NCBI GenBank assembly: GCA_038087875.1
Contig: CM075998.1
Span: 3,102,001 to 3,166,000 of the forward strand
DNA: 64,000 nt
Direction: 5' to 3'
From: Malacoraja senta
Lineage: Eukaryota
In this document: positions 1-17,207 of the stretch, in pieces
Numbering within the stretch: the stretch's first letter is position 1
How the letters are laid out: the number at the start of each line of letters is the position of its first letter
Position numbers and translations under genes: made by a program
Notes under the pieces: model-generated
What the model was told of the DNA's origin: nothing
What the model saw: only the letters and a program-made list of their open reading frames with translations
Database searches by the model: none

Positions 1-124
1 AGATAGGTGATATTTCTGGTCAGGACCCTTCTTCAGACTGAATGTTGCCCAGAGATGCTGCCTGACCTGCTGAGTTATTCCAGCACCGTGTCCTTTCCTG
101 TAAGCCAGCATTTGCAGTTTTTCT

Positions 125-1028
125 GCAAAGCTGGGTGGCAGTGTGAACTGTGAGGAGGATGCTATGAGAATGCAGGGTGACTTGGACAGGTTGGGGGAGT
201 GGGCAGATGCATGGCAGATGAAGTTTAATGAGGATAAATGTGAGGTTATCCACTTTGGTACAAAAAACAGGAAGGCAGATTACGATCTAAATGGCGCAAA
301 TTGGGAAAAGGGGAAGTACAACGGGATCTGGGGGTCCTTGTTCATCAGTCTATGAAAGTAAGCATGCAGGTACAGCAGGCAGTGAAGAAAGCGAATGGCA
401 TGTTGGCCTTTATAACAAGAGTCGTCGACTATGGGAGCAAAGAGGTCCTTCTGCAGTTGTACAGAGCCCTAGTGAGACCACACTTGGAGTATTGTGTGCA
501 ATTTTGGTCCCCTAATTTGAGGAAGGACATTCTTGCTATAGAGTGCAGCATAGGTTTACAAGGTTAATTCCCAGGATGGCCGGACTGTCATATGCTGAGA
601 GAATGGAGCAGCTGGGCTTGTACACTCTGGGGTTTAGAAGGATGAGAGGGCATCTCATTGAAACATATAAGATTGTTATGGGTTTGGACACGCTAGATGC
701 AGGAAACATGTTCCCGATGTTGGGGGAGTCCAGAACCAGGGGCCACAGTTTAAGAATAAGGAGTAAGCCATTTAGAACGGAGACGAGGAAACACTTTTTG
801 TCACAGAGAGTGGCGAGTCTGTGGAATTCTCTGTCTCAGAGGGCAGTGGAGGCAGGTTCTCTGGATGCTTTCAAGAGAGAGCTAGATAGGGCTCTTAAAA
901 ATAGTGGAGTCAGGGGATATGGGGAGAAGGCAGGAACAGGGTACTGATTGGGGATGATCAGCCATGATCATATTGAATGGCGGTGCTGGCTCGAAGGGCC
1001 GAATGGCCTACTCCTGCACCTATTGTCA
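125..1028 (+). mobile_element. CR1-clade LINE 3' fragment
   Basis: [54 protein letters not shown]; tail ggccgaatggcctactcctgcacctatt. Confidence 0.9.
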
Positions 1029-1307
1029 TTTCAAAATTCGAGATTTTTCATTTCAGCAACTATGGGGATGAAAAATATGAGCTTGATCATTTGCAACAAG
1101 TGAGATGGGATAGAGGTCTAGTCATAAGTGTGCCGAGCAAAGGCAATTTCAAATTCAGCTTTTTTTTTTGTATGCAATTGGCCCCAAGAGAACTCAATTT
1201 CTGGAGGAAAGTAAACAATGATTGCGTTTACTTTGATAACCAAACTACAATTCCAGACTAGTTTAAGAAACATGCCAAGGAATCAAATAGGTGATTCTTT
1301 AAGCTCC

Positions 1308-1313
1308 TTTATT
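1308..1313 (-). terminator. candidate polyadenylation signal of tubulin gene 1
   Basis: AATAAA on the minus strand ~205 nt after the stop codon. Confidence 0.6.
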
Positions 1314-1519
1314 GCATCAGACATGATGAAAAGAAGTTATGCATAGACAAGCAAACATGATCACAGATCAAACACAACCATTAAGATCATTACGTATTCT
1401 ACAGTACCAAGCCAGCACCATTTCTAACACCCTGGTTGTGTAACACTCAATAGCCAAACACTGGAATGAACCAAGCCTGGAGCTTAAGTACATGCTTTTG
1501 TGAAGTGACAAGACTCAAG

Positions 1520-3103
<1,584 letters not shown>

Positions 3104-4681
3104 TCAACTCTCGCATCTCATTTTGAAAAACGCATAATCTGCAATCCTTGATTCAGATTCTGCATATTATGTTATTCAAAAAATTGCTCGGCGAAGTCAG
3201 CGGGTAACAAATGGACTTTAAGGATAGGGAAGTTAGACACGAAAAGCTGGAGTAACTGTCAGTCAGGCAGCATACCTTGAGAAAAGGAATAGGTGACGTT
3301 TCAGGTAGAGACCCTTCAGATCAAAGATACTAGTATCCTCTAGTATCTTTGCTTCAGACTGCCACGGATCGGGACCCTTATTCCGACCGTCCATTCACTG
3401 CACAGATGCTGCCTCATCCGCTAAATTGTGTTTTGCTCAACAATGCAACATGTGCAATGCCTTGCGTCTCAAACATAAATTCAGTCTTAACTCTCGTGAA
3501 CAAAAGAATCATCTTGATAAATTAAAGGAAATTACGATCAGCTCATCATTCCCTAATAGCGGCTGCAGTGACACTAATTGGTGGGCGGGGGCAAATGCGT
3601 ATGTCTCCGCAAGCGGCACAGAGGACGGTGGGAGATGTGATCCCGCAGCGCCTCCCAAAGAGCCTCTGGCGTGATAAACGCACTACAATGTCCAGGATGC
3701 TTTGCACAATACGGCAACACCATACAAGCCGTCACCACCATATTTCCACCCAGTTATTTTTTACCAGAAAATCTCGCCCAACCAGCAGAAAGATTTCTGC
3801 AGGGAAATCAACGAACGAACGAGGGCTCAAGGGAGGCTATCATGCAATGGGGAAAGCAAATCACCGAGGTGGCTGAAGCAGATCAGAAAGTGAACTGCCG
3901 TAAACAACAAAACAAAATCCGCACTTGCATTGCGGATATTGAACCCTCCATTCGGGATGTTAAGTTTAGCGGCTCAGATTGTAGGCAAATAATTCCGATC
4001 ACGTCCCACCCTCATATCTCTAAATAAAGCGTTTAGAACCGAGCCCGGCGCGGTACTCCCGACCTTTTGCTCGGGAAGTGGACCGTTTCACATGTGACTG
4101 CCGCGGAATTGCCTGGCGCGTATTATAGGCGAGTGGTGGAAAGGAAAACGTACAAGGTTACAGGGGAGGAAAAGAAGGTAGACTCGGGCTCCCCCGGGAT
4201 CAGATCTATCTATTTAAAAACAAAAAAACACCTAGGCGCCCAGCCGCCCGCCCTCGGGCAGCGCAGCATCCACACGCGTGATGATGTGAACCCGGGCTCG
4301 CATCCAACCCCAAAGAGAACTCATTCAAGCGAAATAATTCATTCCACTACCCCTCAGCAAACAAACAAAGAACACATTTGCATTTTTGGCAAGGGTATTG
4401 CCTTGAAGTAGGTAAGGAATGGGTTCGAGGGAAACCATTGGTGCAAGGTAGTTTTCTTACATCTGTTAATAAAATAACATGCAAAAAAAAGCCAGTTTCA
4501 TTTAACAATCACACCACCTCGCTTTTTTAAACCCTGTAATTTGCTTTGCAAATTGAAGTGGAAAACATTGCTTTTAACCCCAAAATGAAACGATGACAGA
4601 ATTAGAAAAGGTAATTACATTCTTACAGTAAATATTAATTGGATCTTAACTAAAAAGACTTACATAATATTACATACTTAC

Positions 4682-4684
4682 CAT
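4682..4684 (-). CDS. TUBA1B: alpha-tubulin gene 1 (TUBA1B-like), coding exon 1 (ATG only)
   Basis: Minus strand reads aaaATG|gtaagt, the ATG-only first coding exon typical of vertebrate TUBA1 genes. It lies ~120 bp downstream of a TATA box. Confidence 0.85.
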
Positions 4685-4806
4685 TTTTTAAAAGTTATAA
4701 TAGCTATGAAGATGATCCTACAAAAAACAGTGTGTGACTGTTACTTTGCTCGACAGTAACGAGTCGATGTAAGTAACCTAATGCGAAGCGGCGGCTTCTG
4801 GGCACC

Positions 4807-4907
4807 TTTTATAGTAGAAGAGGCGGAGCGGGCGCTCGGTGCTCACCTGCTATTGGCCCCGAGGGAGAAGAGGGGGCGGGACCCGGCGTGAGGCGGGCTG
4901 TGATTGG
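4807..4907 (-). promoter_or_regulatory. tubulin gene 1 core promoter
   Basis: TATAAAA at 4807-4813, CCAAT boxes at 4852-4856 and 4903-4907, GC box GGGGCGGG near 4873-4880; CpG-rich. Confidence 0.75.
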
Positions 4908-6579
4908 TCCAGAGCCCCGTTTCTGAATCAAGTTGCCCGTTAACGGTTCGATTCCCGCTGAAGGAGACGCCGCGGGGAAAAAAAGCGCCGCAGAATGTGT
5001 TAGAAAATGGGCGAGTACTCCCTTCCCTTCGTTTGAGCAAACGGCGAGGTTTAAAATTGAATCTGTGTTATTATGTCCCCCCTCATAACCATCCTCTTGA
5101 AATATAACAGCCTTCCTGCAGAGTCCCACCTTGTTCATTCAGAGATCAAAACCTGAGGGGAGAAATTATCAATTGCAGATATTTCATTCAGTTAATTTCC
5201 AATCACATTATATTTGTACAAGGATGAACGGGTAGAATAAACCGAAAGGGTGGGGTATTGACAGGTTTAATAACGTTTGAGCATATCGATTTCATGAATT
5301 TAATTATTCCGTCTGAAACGTCACCCATTCCTTCTCTCCAGATATGCTGCCTGTCCCGCTGAGTTACTCCAGCATTTTGCGCCTTATCTTTGATTTCATG
5401 AAACCCCTTCTCTGCAAGGCATCTGCATTAGGGGCGTGGATGGTGGAAATGGCAGAATGCGGGCTATGAGAGCAGCAATTTGACCGAGCCGGCAGTTGCT
5501 GCAGAATTTACATCACACCCCATCACGTACTCTGACTCATTTTCTAAGAATGTCAAAGAGAACAGATGCTACACAGCCTATTTGCAATTAAATCATCTAT
5601 TTTCTTACCATTTGCAACAACGATTGCCCTCAATCTTTGTTGCAAAAACATGCTTAAGCATCTGCAATCTTTAGATCAATCGATAGAAAATGTCACCATA
5701 ACCACAAGACTGCAGGATTTCAGTGCAGTTTACACACATAAAATGGGGGCATGCAATGCAAAAACTGCGCGCCTTCCCTTTTTATAAAGAATATACATTT
5801 TTGGGGGTGAGATAGGAAGTGCGTTTTGGTTGAGTAGTAGCAATATCGATTCTGAATCAGAGATTATGGAGCTCAGGACCTTACCGGAGATTTAAGGTTG
5901 TAAATGAAATACAAAACTGAGCGCCTTCCCTTTTACAGAGAGGGGACGGTTTTTTGCGCGTTAGAAAGGCAGTGTTTGGGTTCAGTAGCAGCAATATCGA
6001 GTCTGAATCTGAGATTATGGACCATTCTGGAGATTTAAATCTGTAATCTGGCTAACCTGATAAAGAGGTAAAATGATATAGATGAAGGAAATAGCCAAAC
6101 AGCCGCTATTTAAGTAACCTTAGATGGTATCAAAGGTAATCTCTGTAGCCCCAAAACCTACTACCCGTTCAGAATACTGGACACATTTGTATAAATTATC
6201 ACGTTAGCGAACTGTGCAAGTACTTGTGGCATATTCTGAGGAGTGTGTGTCATTGTAACATGTTCTTTGCACGTGCATAGAGGGCTCATCAGAGGCTCCT
6301 TTTATCCTCATTAGAAAAGAGAAACGATATTTATTGGAATATCACAATGCAGGGTTTAACTCCAAAAATAGATTCTGCTTTACAAATCTGAGAACGAGCT
6401 TTATGAGGAAGAGGCAATGATTGTGAACGAGGGAAATCCAGTGGACAATCTCTATCTGTGCTTTCAGAAAGCTTTCGATAAACACCTGATACTAAGTCAC
6501 TTCACGAGAGAATGTGATACATTGAATGGGAAACTGGCTCCAGTCCAGTACTCATATTTTCAAAACTATATTCTATTCA

Positions 6580-7200
6580 TAACATGTTACACTGTATATT
6601 TAAATAATTATAATTCATAGTGCAACACAGATCACAAGGCATCTAGTGTGTCTTAATCCACTTGTATACAAGGTTCATTTTACACCACTACAACACAAAT
6701 TATATCCTTCACATTCATCTCAATACAATCAGCCCCAGGGGTTTGTGTGTGGGTTCCAGCCTCTAAATGTGCAAATGGTGGGAGGGCCCCAAACTGTAGG
6801 CATTGGCTTAGACCCTCTGTGGCAACTGCACAAGCTTCAGTATATATCCCTCAGCAGTGTACCCTAGGCTTGGGAATGAGCTAGTCTGCAACATTCGGAC
6901 AGGGCCAATTCCTTGCACAGGAAGACCAGCAAATTTCAGCTGCACCAAGAGACTTCCTTCACTGAGTTGATTATCTTTCGGCAGCAGCTGCTATAAGTCT
7001 CAATGTCCCTCGGAACAGCCCAAAGGGAACGGAGTAATGTGTTCCGCAGCTGTTCGGGATGAACCTTGACAAAGACCACTGCTTCCCTTTCCAGACATTC
7101 CTTGCAAACACACATTCCAGAAGGCGATGGATGATGGGGTCACCTTCACACACAGCCACCTCGAATGCAGTGTGCGATGGAGCCGAGACTCAAGCCATGG
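6580..7200 (-). mobile_element. degenerate Tx1/L1-clade LINE 3' fragment
   Basis: C..GDPIIHRLLECVFARNVW zinc-knuckle-like remnant. A related 3' end lies at ~10430-10790 (+). Confidence 0.5.
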
Positions 7201-7996
7201 AAGAATAATTTGATGGGGAGCGAGACAGACACAAAATGCTGGAGTAACTCAGCGGGTCAGGCAGCATCTCTTGAAAAAAGGAATAGGTGATGTTTCGGTT
7301 CGGAACCCTTCAGCCTTTCTCACCACCAGCTAAGACAAAACTTAGTGCTTATTTCAAAATTCAGATGACGTGGTAATGTGGGAAAGTCTGAAAAAGATGA
7401 TTAGTATGTGGTATGTTTAGCCCAGGTGTTTATGTGCTGGGGATGCGTGATGGGGAGAGATGCCAATATGGTGAGGGGAGCAGTGGGAATGTTGAGCAGG
7501 GCACCCTAGTCGTCCTACTAGTTTTACTGTTCGTATCTCTTCATTATCACCTCCTCCACTGCCAACAATGGACCATTGTGGGCTCCTGGGATATCAGTGC
7601 TGGCTCTGATTTGTTCTATACCTTTTCATACCCCGGATTTCCCTCTTCCCTCTCCCCAGGGTCTCGACCCAAAACATCACCCATTCCTTCTCTCTAGAGA
7701 TGCTGCCTGTCCCGCCGAGTTATTCCAGCATTTTGTGTCTATCTTCGATGAATGGATTTGTGAGGTGTAAATTCCACATGTAACAGGAAATGGAGGTGTC
7801 CTTTATTGCACCTATGTGTTAGGTAAGTTTTGGAGTTGTTTCTAATCACGGGAAACAGGAGGTTGAATGTTGAACAATGGTGAATAAGGCGTAGGATTTG
7901 CACGTCTGTGTAGGTAAATAGAGGAATTGTGTCCTAATAACAGGAGGTTGAATGTTGATCAATGGAAAAACAAGTGCAGGATGTGTGTCCTTGAAA

Positions 7997-10235
7997 CACC
8001 CCCTCATCCTTCTAAACTCCAGTGAATACAAGCCTAGTCTTTCCAATCTTTCCTCATATGACAGTCCCGCCATCCCGGGTATTAACCTCGTGAACCTACG
8101 CTGCACTGCCTCAATAGCAAGGATGTCCTTCCTCAAATTAGAAGACCAAAACTGCACACAATACTCCAGATGTGGTCTCACCAGGGCCGTGTACAACTGC
8201 AGACGGACCTCTTTACTCCTATACTCAAATTCTCTTGTTATGAAGGCCAACATGCCATTAGCTTTCTTCACTGCCTGCTGTACCTGCATGTTTACCTTCA
8301 GTGATTCGTGTACAAGGACACCCAGGTCTCGTTGCACTTCCCTTTTTCCTAATTTGACACCATTGAGATAATAATCTGCCTCCTTGTTCTTGCCGCCAAA
8401 GTGGATAACCTCACATTTATCTACATTATATTGCATCTGCCCACTCACTCAACCTGTCCAAGTCACCCTGCAACCTCCTAGCATCCTTTTCGCAGTTCAC
8501 GCTGCCACCCAGCTTTGTGTCATCTGCAAATTTGCTAGTGTTACTATTAATCCCATCATATAAATCATTATTGTATTATATTGCAATATTGTAAATAGTT
8601 GCAGCCCCATCACAGAGCCTTGCAGCACTCCACTAGCCACTGCCTGTCATTCTGACAGGGACCCGTTTATGCCTACTCTTTGTTTCCTGTCTGCCAACCA
8701 ATTCTCTATCCATGTCAATACCCTGCCCCCAATACCATGTGCTCTTATTTTGCCCACTAATCTCCTGTGTGGGACCTTATCAAAGGCTTTCTGAAAGTCC
8801 AGATACACTACATGCACTGGCTCTCCTTCATCCATTTTACTTGACACATCCTCAAAAGATTCCAGAAGATTAGTCAAGCAGGATTTCCCTTTCATAAATC
8901 CATTCTAACTTGGACCAATCCTTTTACTGCTATCCAAATGTGCCATTATTACTTCTTTAACAATTGACTCCAGCATCTTCCCCACCACCAATGTCAGGCT
9001 AACTGGTCTACAATTCCCTGTTTTCTCTCTCGCTCCTTTCTTGAAAAGTGGGATAACATGAGCTACCCTCCAATCCACAGAAACTGATCCTGTATCTATA
9101 GAACCCCCATTGGAAAATGATCACCAATGCGTCCACAATTTCTAGAGCCACTTCCTTGAGGACCCTGGGATGTAGACCATCAGGCCCTGGGGATTTATCA
9201 GCCTTCAGTCCCATCAGTCTACCCAATACTATTTCTCGCCTAATGCAAATTTATTTCAGTTCCTCTGTCTCCCTAGATCCTCTGTACTCTAGTACATCTG
9301 GGAGATTGTTTGTGTCTTCCTTAGTGAAGACAGAACCAAAGTACCTGTTCAACTCTTCTGCCATTTCCTTGTTCCCCATAATAATTTCGCCTGTTTCTGC
9401 CTTCAAGGGACCCACATTTGTCTTTACTAATCTTTTTCTCTTGGCATACCTAAATAAGCTTTTACTATCCTTCTTTATATTCTTGGCCAGTTTACCCTCG
9501 TACTTCATCTTTTCACCCCGTATTGCCCTTTTTGTTACCTTCTGTTGTCCTTTGAAAGTTTCCCAATCCTCTGGCTACCCGCTACTCTTTGCTATGTTAT
9601 ACACATTTTCTTTTAGTTTTATCCCATCCCTAACTTCCCTTGTCAGCCACGGTTGCCTCTTACTCCCCTTAGAATCTTTCTTCCTCTTTGGAATGAAATG
9701 ATCCTGCATCTTCTGGATTATGCCCAGAAATTCCTGCCATTGCTGTTCCTCCGTCATTCCTGCTGGGATCCTTTTACACTCGACCTTGGCCAGCTCCTCT
9801 CTCATGCCTTCATAGTCCCCTTTGTTCATCTGCAACACTGACACTTCTGATTTAATCTTCTCCCTCTCAAATTGCAGAGTAAAACTTATCATATTATGGT
9901 CACTACCTCCTTGCAGTTTCTTTACCTTGAGTTCCCTTATTAAATCTGGTTCATTAGACAACACTAAATCCAGAATTGCCTTCTCTCTGGTACGCACCAG
10001 TACAAGCTGCTCTAAGAATCCATCTCGGAGGCACTCTACAAACTCTCTTTCTTGGGGTCCAGAAGCAGAACCAACCTGGTTTTCCCAGTTTACCTGCATA
10101 TTGAAATCTCCTATAACCACAGTGGCATTATATTTGTTACATGCCTACTTTAACTCCTGCTGCAACTTGCACCCTATATCCAGGCTACTGTTTGGGGGGC
10201 TGTAGATAACTCCCATTAGTGTCTTCTTACCTTGA
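7997..10235 (-). mobile_element. CR1-clade LINE ORF2 fragment (endonuclease and RT; internally deleted, frameshifted)
   Basis: VIGDFN...SDHNMI (APE domain), KSPGPDGLHPRVLKE, SCLTNLL...VYLDFQKAFDKV (RT), [14 protein letters not shown]. Confidence 0.92.
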
Positions 10236-12333
10236 CAATTCCTCAATTCTATCCACAGTGGCTATTCATCGTCAGTCCCTATGTCCTCTATTGCAACCAC
10301 TTGTTAGGTCCATGGGGGAATTGTTTTCCAATGACAAGGAACAGAAGGTTAAATATTGGTCAATGGTGAATTGTTTCAAAGGTGTAAAATCCACATGTAA
10401 GCATTGTGTTGTGGGAATGTAAAAAATGCTGTGGGTGCTGTGAATCGTTGAAACACTTTGGGTTCTCTGAGAGTTTCTCAGTGCGTACTAATGCTCTGTG
10501 GGGGAGGACCACAGTCGACGGTCCTTCCGCTGCTGGTCTTTGGAGGGCAGAGTCTGGTGGGGCCACCCCTCAAACAAGGGGAGATCACCCCAGGTGGCCC
10601 CAAGAGTGCCTGGTATTATGATAGGTGTAGGAATGAACTGCAGACGCTGGCTTACACCGTATTATGATAGTTTCGTAAACACTGCCAAATATAACTATAA
10701 TGAGTGTATGTATAGCTACTGAGAATGTCAGAAGAGTTTTTGCACTATTCTTGTTAAATTTATTATTCTGAATAAAGTTTATTTTGGGTGGGGGGGGGGG
10801 GGGGAATACTGTTAAGGCCTTGAATAAACCGGCCTGTTTGAGAAACTTACCACTATTCTACGAGATGTTTTATTTTGTGTCTGTTCCGTAATTAAGAGGG
10901 CAACTGGGTCCCACGTGAAGGCCAGGTACAGGTTAGACGCAAGATTCCCTCCAACATGTGGCAATCCGCCATGGGATTTTGGTAGTCTGATCAGGGCACT
11001 ATATGACAGGATCCACCGCTTCCCTCTCCTGCGACACCTTAAGGACAATTCATACAGAACATTGTTTTGCTGGTGGCTTTTTTTCCCCCAAGGCATTTTC
11101 TCATCAGACAAGGAGTTGATTGCAACATTTGCCACCTTTTGCCATGGGATTTAAAGCAGTCAGCAAACCATGTAGCGTTTTGAAGACATCATCCATCTGC
11201 CTCCTGTTTTTCCCCCTCTTTCATTAACTCAAGGTTGGGCTGGAACGACTGGAGTCTAGCAGCTTGCTGCAGCTGCATTCTCCTTTCCAGTCCCCATGTT
11301 ATCGCCTTGACTCATTGTTTCAATGGGTAGCTTGTTGGCAAGAGGACAGGTGTCGTGTCCTGAGTCACGTACCTGTTCCCTTTCTTATTTCCTGCAGCCA
11401 AAATATGATATTTAATGGGATGTATGCCATGCTGGAATTAAGTTACTGATGATATCTGATGTCTGAAGAAGGGTCTTGATCCGAAACGACACCCATTCCT
11501 TCTCTCCAGAGATGCTGCCTGTCCCGCTGACTTACTCCAGCATTTTGTGTCTATCTTCAGTTTAAACCAGCATCTGCAGTTCCTTCCTACACGTATCCAA
11601 ATCAGCGATGGCCTGTATATACAGTATATATATTTTTTAATGAATAAAGTTTATTTTTATAATTATGGGACCTGAAACGTCACTTACTGTATCCATGTAG
11701 TCCGGAGATGCTGCCCAACACGCTGAGTTACTGCAGCACTTTGATTGATGTCCTCTTTTTATTTTGATAAAGTGCCTTGCGGCATTTTATTGTCTGATAC
11801 ATAGTGTGTAAATGCACGTTTTTGTCAGCCCCATACAATAACGAAAACTGCCACTTTTCCGTGTCCCATATGGTTTATTCAGCGCGGAGTTTGATCGTTA
11901 CAAAAGTGATATTGTACTGCAGACAGATTAAAGACAGGGATATTATTTACTGAGAAAGCAATAAAGACGGTACATGTAAGTTAGATTTGCAACAAATGGT
12001 GTACAATTTGAGAAATACATTGCGACTGATTAAAACTGCTGCAAATCAAAAATGTGATCACAACTCATTTAAATAAGAGCCATCCTTGACCAAAAACCAG
12101 TTGAGGTCAATTAAGGATTCTGGACACAATTGAAGTATAATGCAGCACAAGAGGAGATCAAACAAAATATGTATACAAACAATACAAATAAATATGGAAT
12201 GTGAACAATTTAAGGTTGATTAAACAAAAACGGATGCAAATCATGTGGCCGTTTGTCTTGGATAGTCTTGATAATTAATTATGTATAACCCACAATATTT
12301 ATTACATTTGTCTTGTTCCCTGTTACAGCATCA

Positions 12334-13317
<984 letters not shown>

Positions 13318-13339
13318 CTGTGGAACACAAACACAGTTA

Positions 13340-13910
<571 letters not shown>

Positions 13911-15751
13911 TCATTCATCATAGTTCATCACTGTATTAGTTTCATAAGTATTGGGATGATAATTTAGGACAGTCCACTGGTCCGTCAACATGGATGCACA
14001 TCATTGACTTCAACATTTAAATCAGTCACAAGATGAATAGTCCCAATGCATTTGGCGGTACCAAGCAGAAGTGAGGGTTCACCGGACTAAACAGGTCACT
14101 AGATTATCAGTGCCAGAGAAGGAGTCACTCATTACCCCACATTAGTAAATGGTCAGGGGAAAATACTTACACAAGATGTATGGGAGAGGAAACAAACAGC
14201 ATATAGTTAGAGGGTTGGTACAAATATTATGTGTAGAGAAATAGGATTCAATTTTGGTTGAATAACCAAACAGCTATCTCCTCAGTACTTCATCCTCAAA
14301 TTCTATATTATATAAATTGTGCTTCAGTGCAATTACTTTCATATATCCAGCCTACTGGTCAAGAGTATTTATTTGTCATATGTCTCAAAATGGAACAGTG
14401 AAATCCTTCCCATTTGCATAACTAAATCGAACTTTTCAAGCAATGGCTGACACTTCACAGAAGCAAGTCAAAAAAATCTCATTTGAATTCTCAATTGACA
14501 TCTTTGTGAATATCCCATCTTGCAAATTTTGACTAAACCAGCTGACATCGTTCAGAATGAGGTAAAATAATATTTCAAGAGGTGGCTTCTGTAAACAAAA
14601 GAGGTGGCTTCTGTCAAAAAAAAGGAATTCAGTTCATGTCTGAATGCGTTTGCTGCAAATCTGGAACCTGCTTCACTGAACAATAGGTCTTATTCTGGAG
14701 AAAGCATGTCGCTGAGCTGGAGCAGCTCAGTCGTGCTATTGTTTGGGTTCAACGCTGCAACATTCATGAGCCGCTGGTTCTGATGCTGCGCTTGGGCGAG
14801 GCCACACTGCAGTCATCTCCTGCACTAGTATCTTTGGTGCGCAGTGCTTTCATCTTTAGACACCTATTGTTCCAACCAGGCAAAACATAACCACACACCC
14901 CGCTTGCAAAAAGCAGCCCCCCCCCCCCCCTAAAACAGAGTGCTTTCACGACGTTAGATTTAAACTGTGGACTGCGGATCTTTTGAGGGCTGTGTATGTG
15001 TCTGGGTGACCCAGTTTGACGTTGGCTTTATGCCTGACGCGTGGCCACTTCGACGTAACGCTGTCGGCTGTGGGACCTGCGGCGATTGCGCTGGGGAGGG
15101 TCGGGACGTTGTTACAGCAGCCACATTAGATGCAGCACAGGGACAGCGAAGGAAGTAGCTGCAAGTGTTAGAGTTTCCCAACAAAGCCAAGTATTCTGAA
15201 GGGGATAAGAGAGAGAGAGAGGGGGGGGGGGGGGTGGAGAGGAACTACAACTCAGCCCACATCCCGTACTCACTCTTTCTTGTACTAGAAAAATCAATTA
15301 GTGTATTATTTATACATTAATTTCAACAAAAGCCCTCTGTCTTTTCCTTTTCTGGAGTGCCCAGTCTCTCCACAATGTATTTTCTGAACCTATAATGAGG
15401 GTTTCTTCACAGAAAACCCGTTTTGTTTGTGAACAGCAGAAATATGCCCTGCCATTTGATTTGAATACTTGTTGGCCAAGTATATTCACAAATATAACAA
15501 AAAAAACAAAGGGATATTCGGCCCAACGTTGACGCAGGCAACTTCCGCCTTGTCTTTATTCCCCTCGTGATTTACCCGGGCGTAAATGTTTACACACTGG
15601 TTTGCTTGGTGCGTTCGCACACACAGATCACCTCGTCTGTCTCACACCATCGTCAGGCACAAAGAGAAATCTTACAGCACTAAAGGCAATTTGAGTGTGC
15701 TGGAAGAAGAAATACAAAAGAAGACTTGTTTTGCATTAAACAGCATCTTAC

Positions 15752-15754
15752 CAT
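15752..15754 (-). CDS. TUBA1A: alpha-tubulin gene 2 (TUBA1A-like), coding exon 1 (ATG only)
   Basis: ggcatcATG|gtaaga, with a TATA-like box ~130 bp upstream. Confidence 0.75.
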
Positions 15755-15883
15755 GATGCCCTGGTCCTTGGTCGTAGACAAAGCAAATGGAATAAAGAGA
15801 AGGCTTTGAGAAACTTCTTCTACAGCGCGACTTTTACGGGTCGTCGTAGAAAGAACCTGCAAGACAGGCGGCAGAAACATGTT

Positions 15884-16029
15884 CTTATACTAAGACCAGA
15901 CCGCTACCTGGGCCAGCGTTGCCGCTCTCATTGGATGACCCCAGATTGAGTGGCGGGGAAACCGCCGTAATGTCGCCTCGTTGATAGGGAGACACATCCT
16001 CCGTTATGCGATTCGCAAGAACCGATTGG
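15884..16029 (-). promoter_or_regulatory. tubulin gene 2 core promoter
   Basis: TATAAG at 15884-15889, CCAAT at 15930-15934 and 16025-16029; CpG-rich. Confidence 0.6.
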
Positions 16030-16424
16030 CGAAACGCAGCAGAATCAGTTAATCGCTTTGACCATTTGTGGTTTTCAACAAAGCTGAGATTGATGAACGC
16101 GTAAAACCGAGAGCGCTAACGCGGCACAAGACCGAGATGTTTCAACTCTAATACATCTTAACAATCATTTCTACCACCGTAAATAAACAGCAAATGCTTT
16201 GTCCAATAAACATCAATTCAAAAGGACACACAATTCTCACTCTGCAGCTCAATATAAGTCTCGCTTTATTATTTCGTAGAAATTAGAAATCGTATTTATC
16301 TGCCCAAAGACACGATACCGAAATGTATCTTCGGTGTAAACCAGCATCTGCAGTTCCTTCCTACACATTTTGATCCGCTGAGTTACTCCAGCATTTTTGT
16401 GGCTATATTATAAATTTGCACACA

Positions 16425-16927
16425 AGTCATTACTATCTAAATGGCGTCAAGTTGGGAAAAGGGGAGTACAACGGGATCTGGGGTCCTTGTACATCAGTCT
16501 ATGAAAGTAAGCATGCAGGCACAGCAGGCAGTGAAGAAGAGCGAATGGCATGTGGTCATTATAACAAGAGGAGTCGAGTATAGGAGCAAAGAGGTCCTTC
16601 CGCAGTTGTACAGGGCCTAGTGAGACCACACCTGGAGTATTGTGTGCAGTTTTGGTCACCTAATTTGAGGGAGGACATTCTTGCTATTGAGGGAGTGCAG
16701 CGTAGGTTTACAAGGTTAATTCCCGGATGGCGGACTGTCATATGCTGAGAGAATGGAGCGTGCTGGGATTGTACACTCTGGAGTTTAGAAGGATGAGAGG
16801 GGATCTCATTGAAACATATAAGATTGTTAAGGGCTTGGACACACTAGAGGCAGGAAACATGTTCCGATGTTGGGGGAGTCAGAACCAGGGTCACCAGGGG
16901 TCACACAGTTTAAGAATAAGGGGTAAG
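16425..16927 (+). mobile_element. CR1 LINE fragment at contig end
   Basis: Same family as 125-1028, with several 1-nt deletions. Confidence 0.85.
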
Positions 16928-17127
16928 NNNNNNNNNNNNNNNNNNNNNNNNNNNNNNNNNNNNNNNNNNNNNNNNNNNNNNNNNNNNNNNNNNNNNNNNN
17001 NNNNNNNNNNNNNNNNNNNNNNNNNNNNNNNNNNNNNNNNNNNNNNNNNNNNNNNNNNNNNNNNNNNNNNNNNNNNNNNNNNNNNNNNNNNNNNNNNNNN
17101 NNNNNNNNNNNNNNNNNNNNNNNNNNN
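16928..17127. other. assembly gap (200 N)
   Basis: Run of N. Confidence 1.
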
Positions 17128-17207
17128 TCCCCCCCCCCCAGTGAGCCTGCCTGCCTGCCTGCCTGGACAGAGTAAGGGTGGGGGTGGGGGATGCGGCAAC
17201 AACTCAC

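Noticed and set aside
3426..4411. Short plus-strand ORFs in tubulin intron 1
   Set aside because: No homology recognised; CpG-rich intronic sequence.
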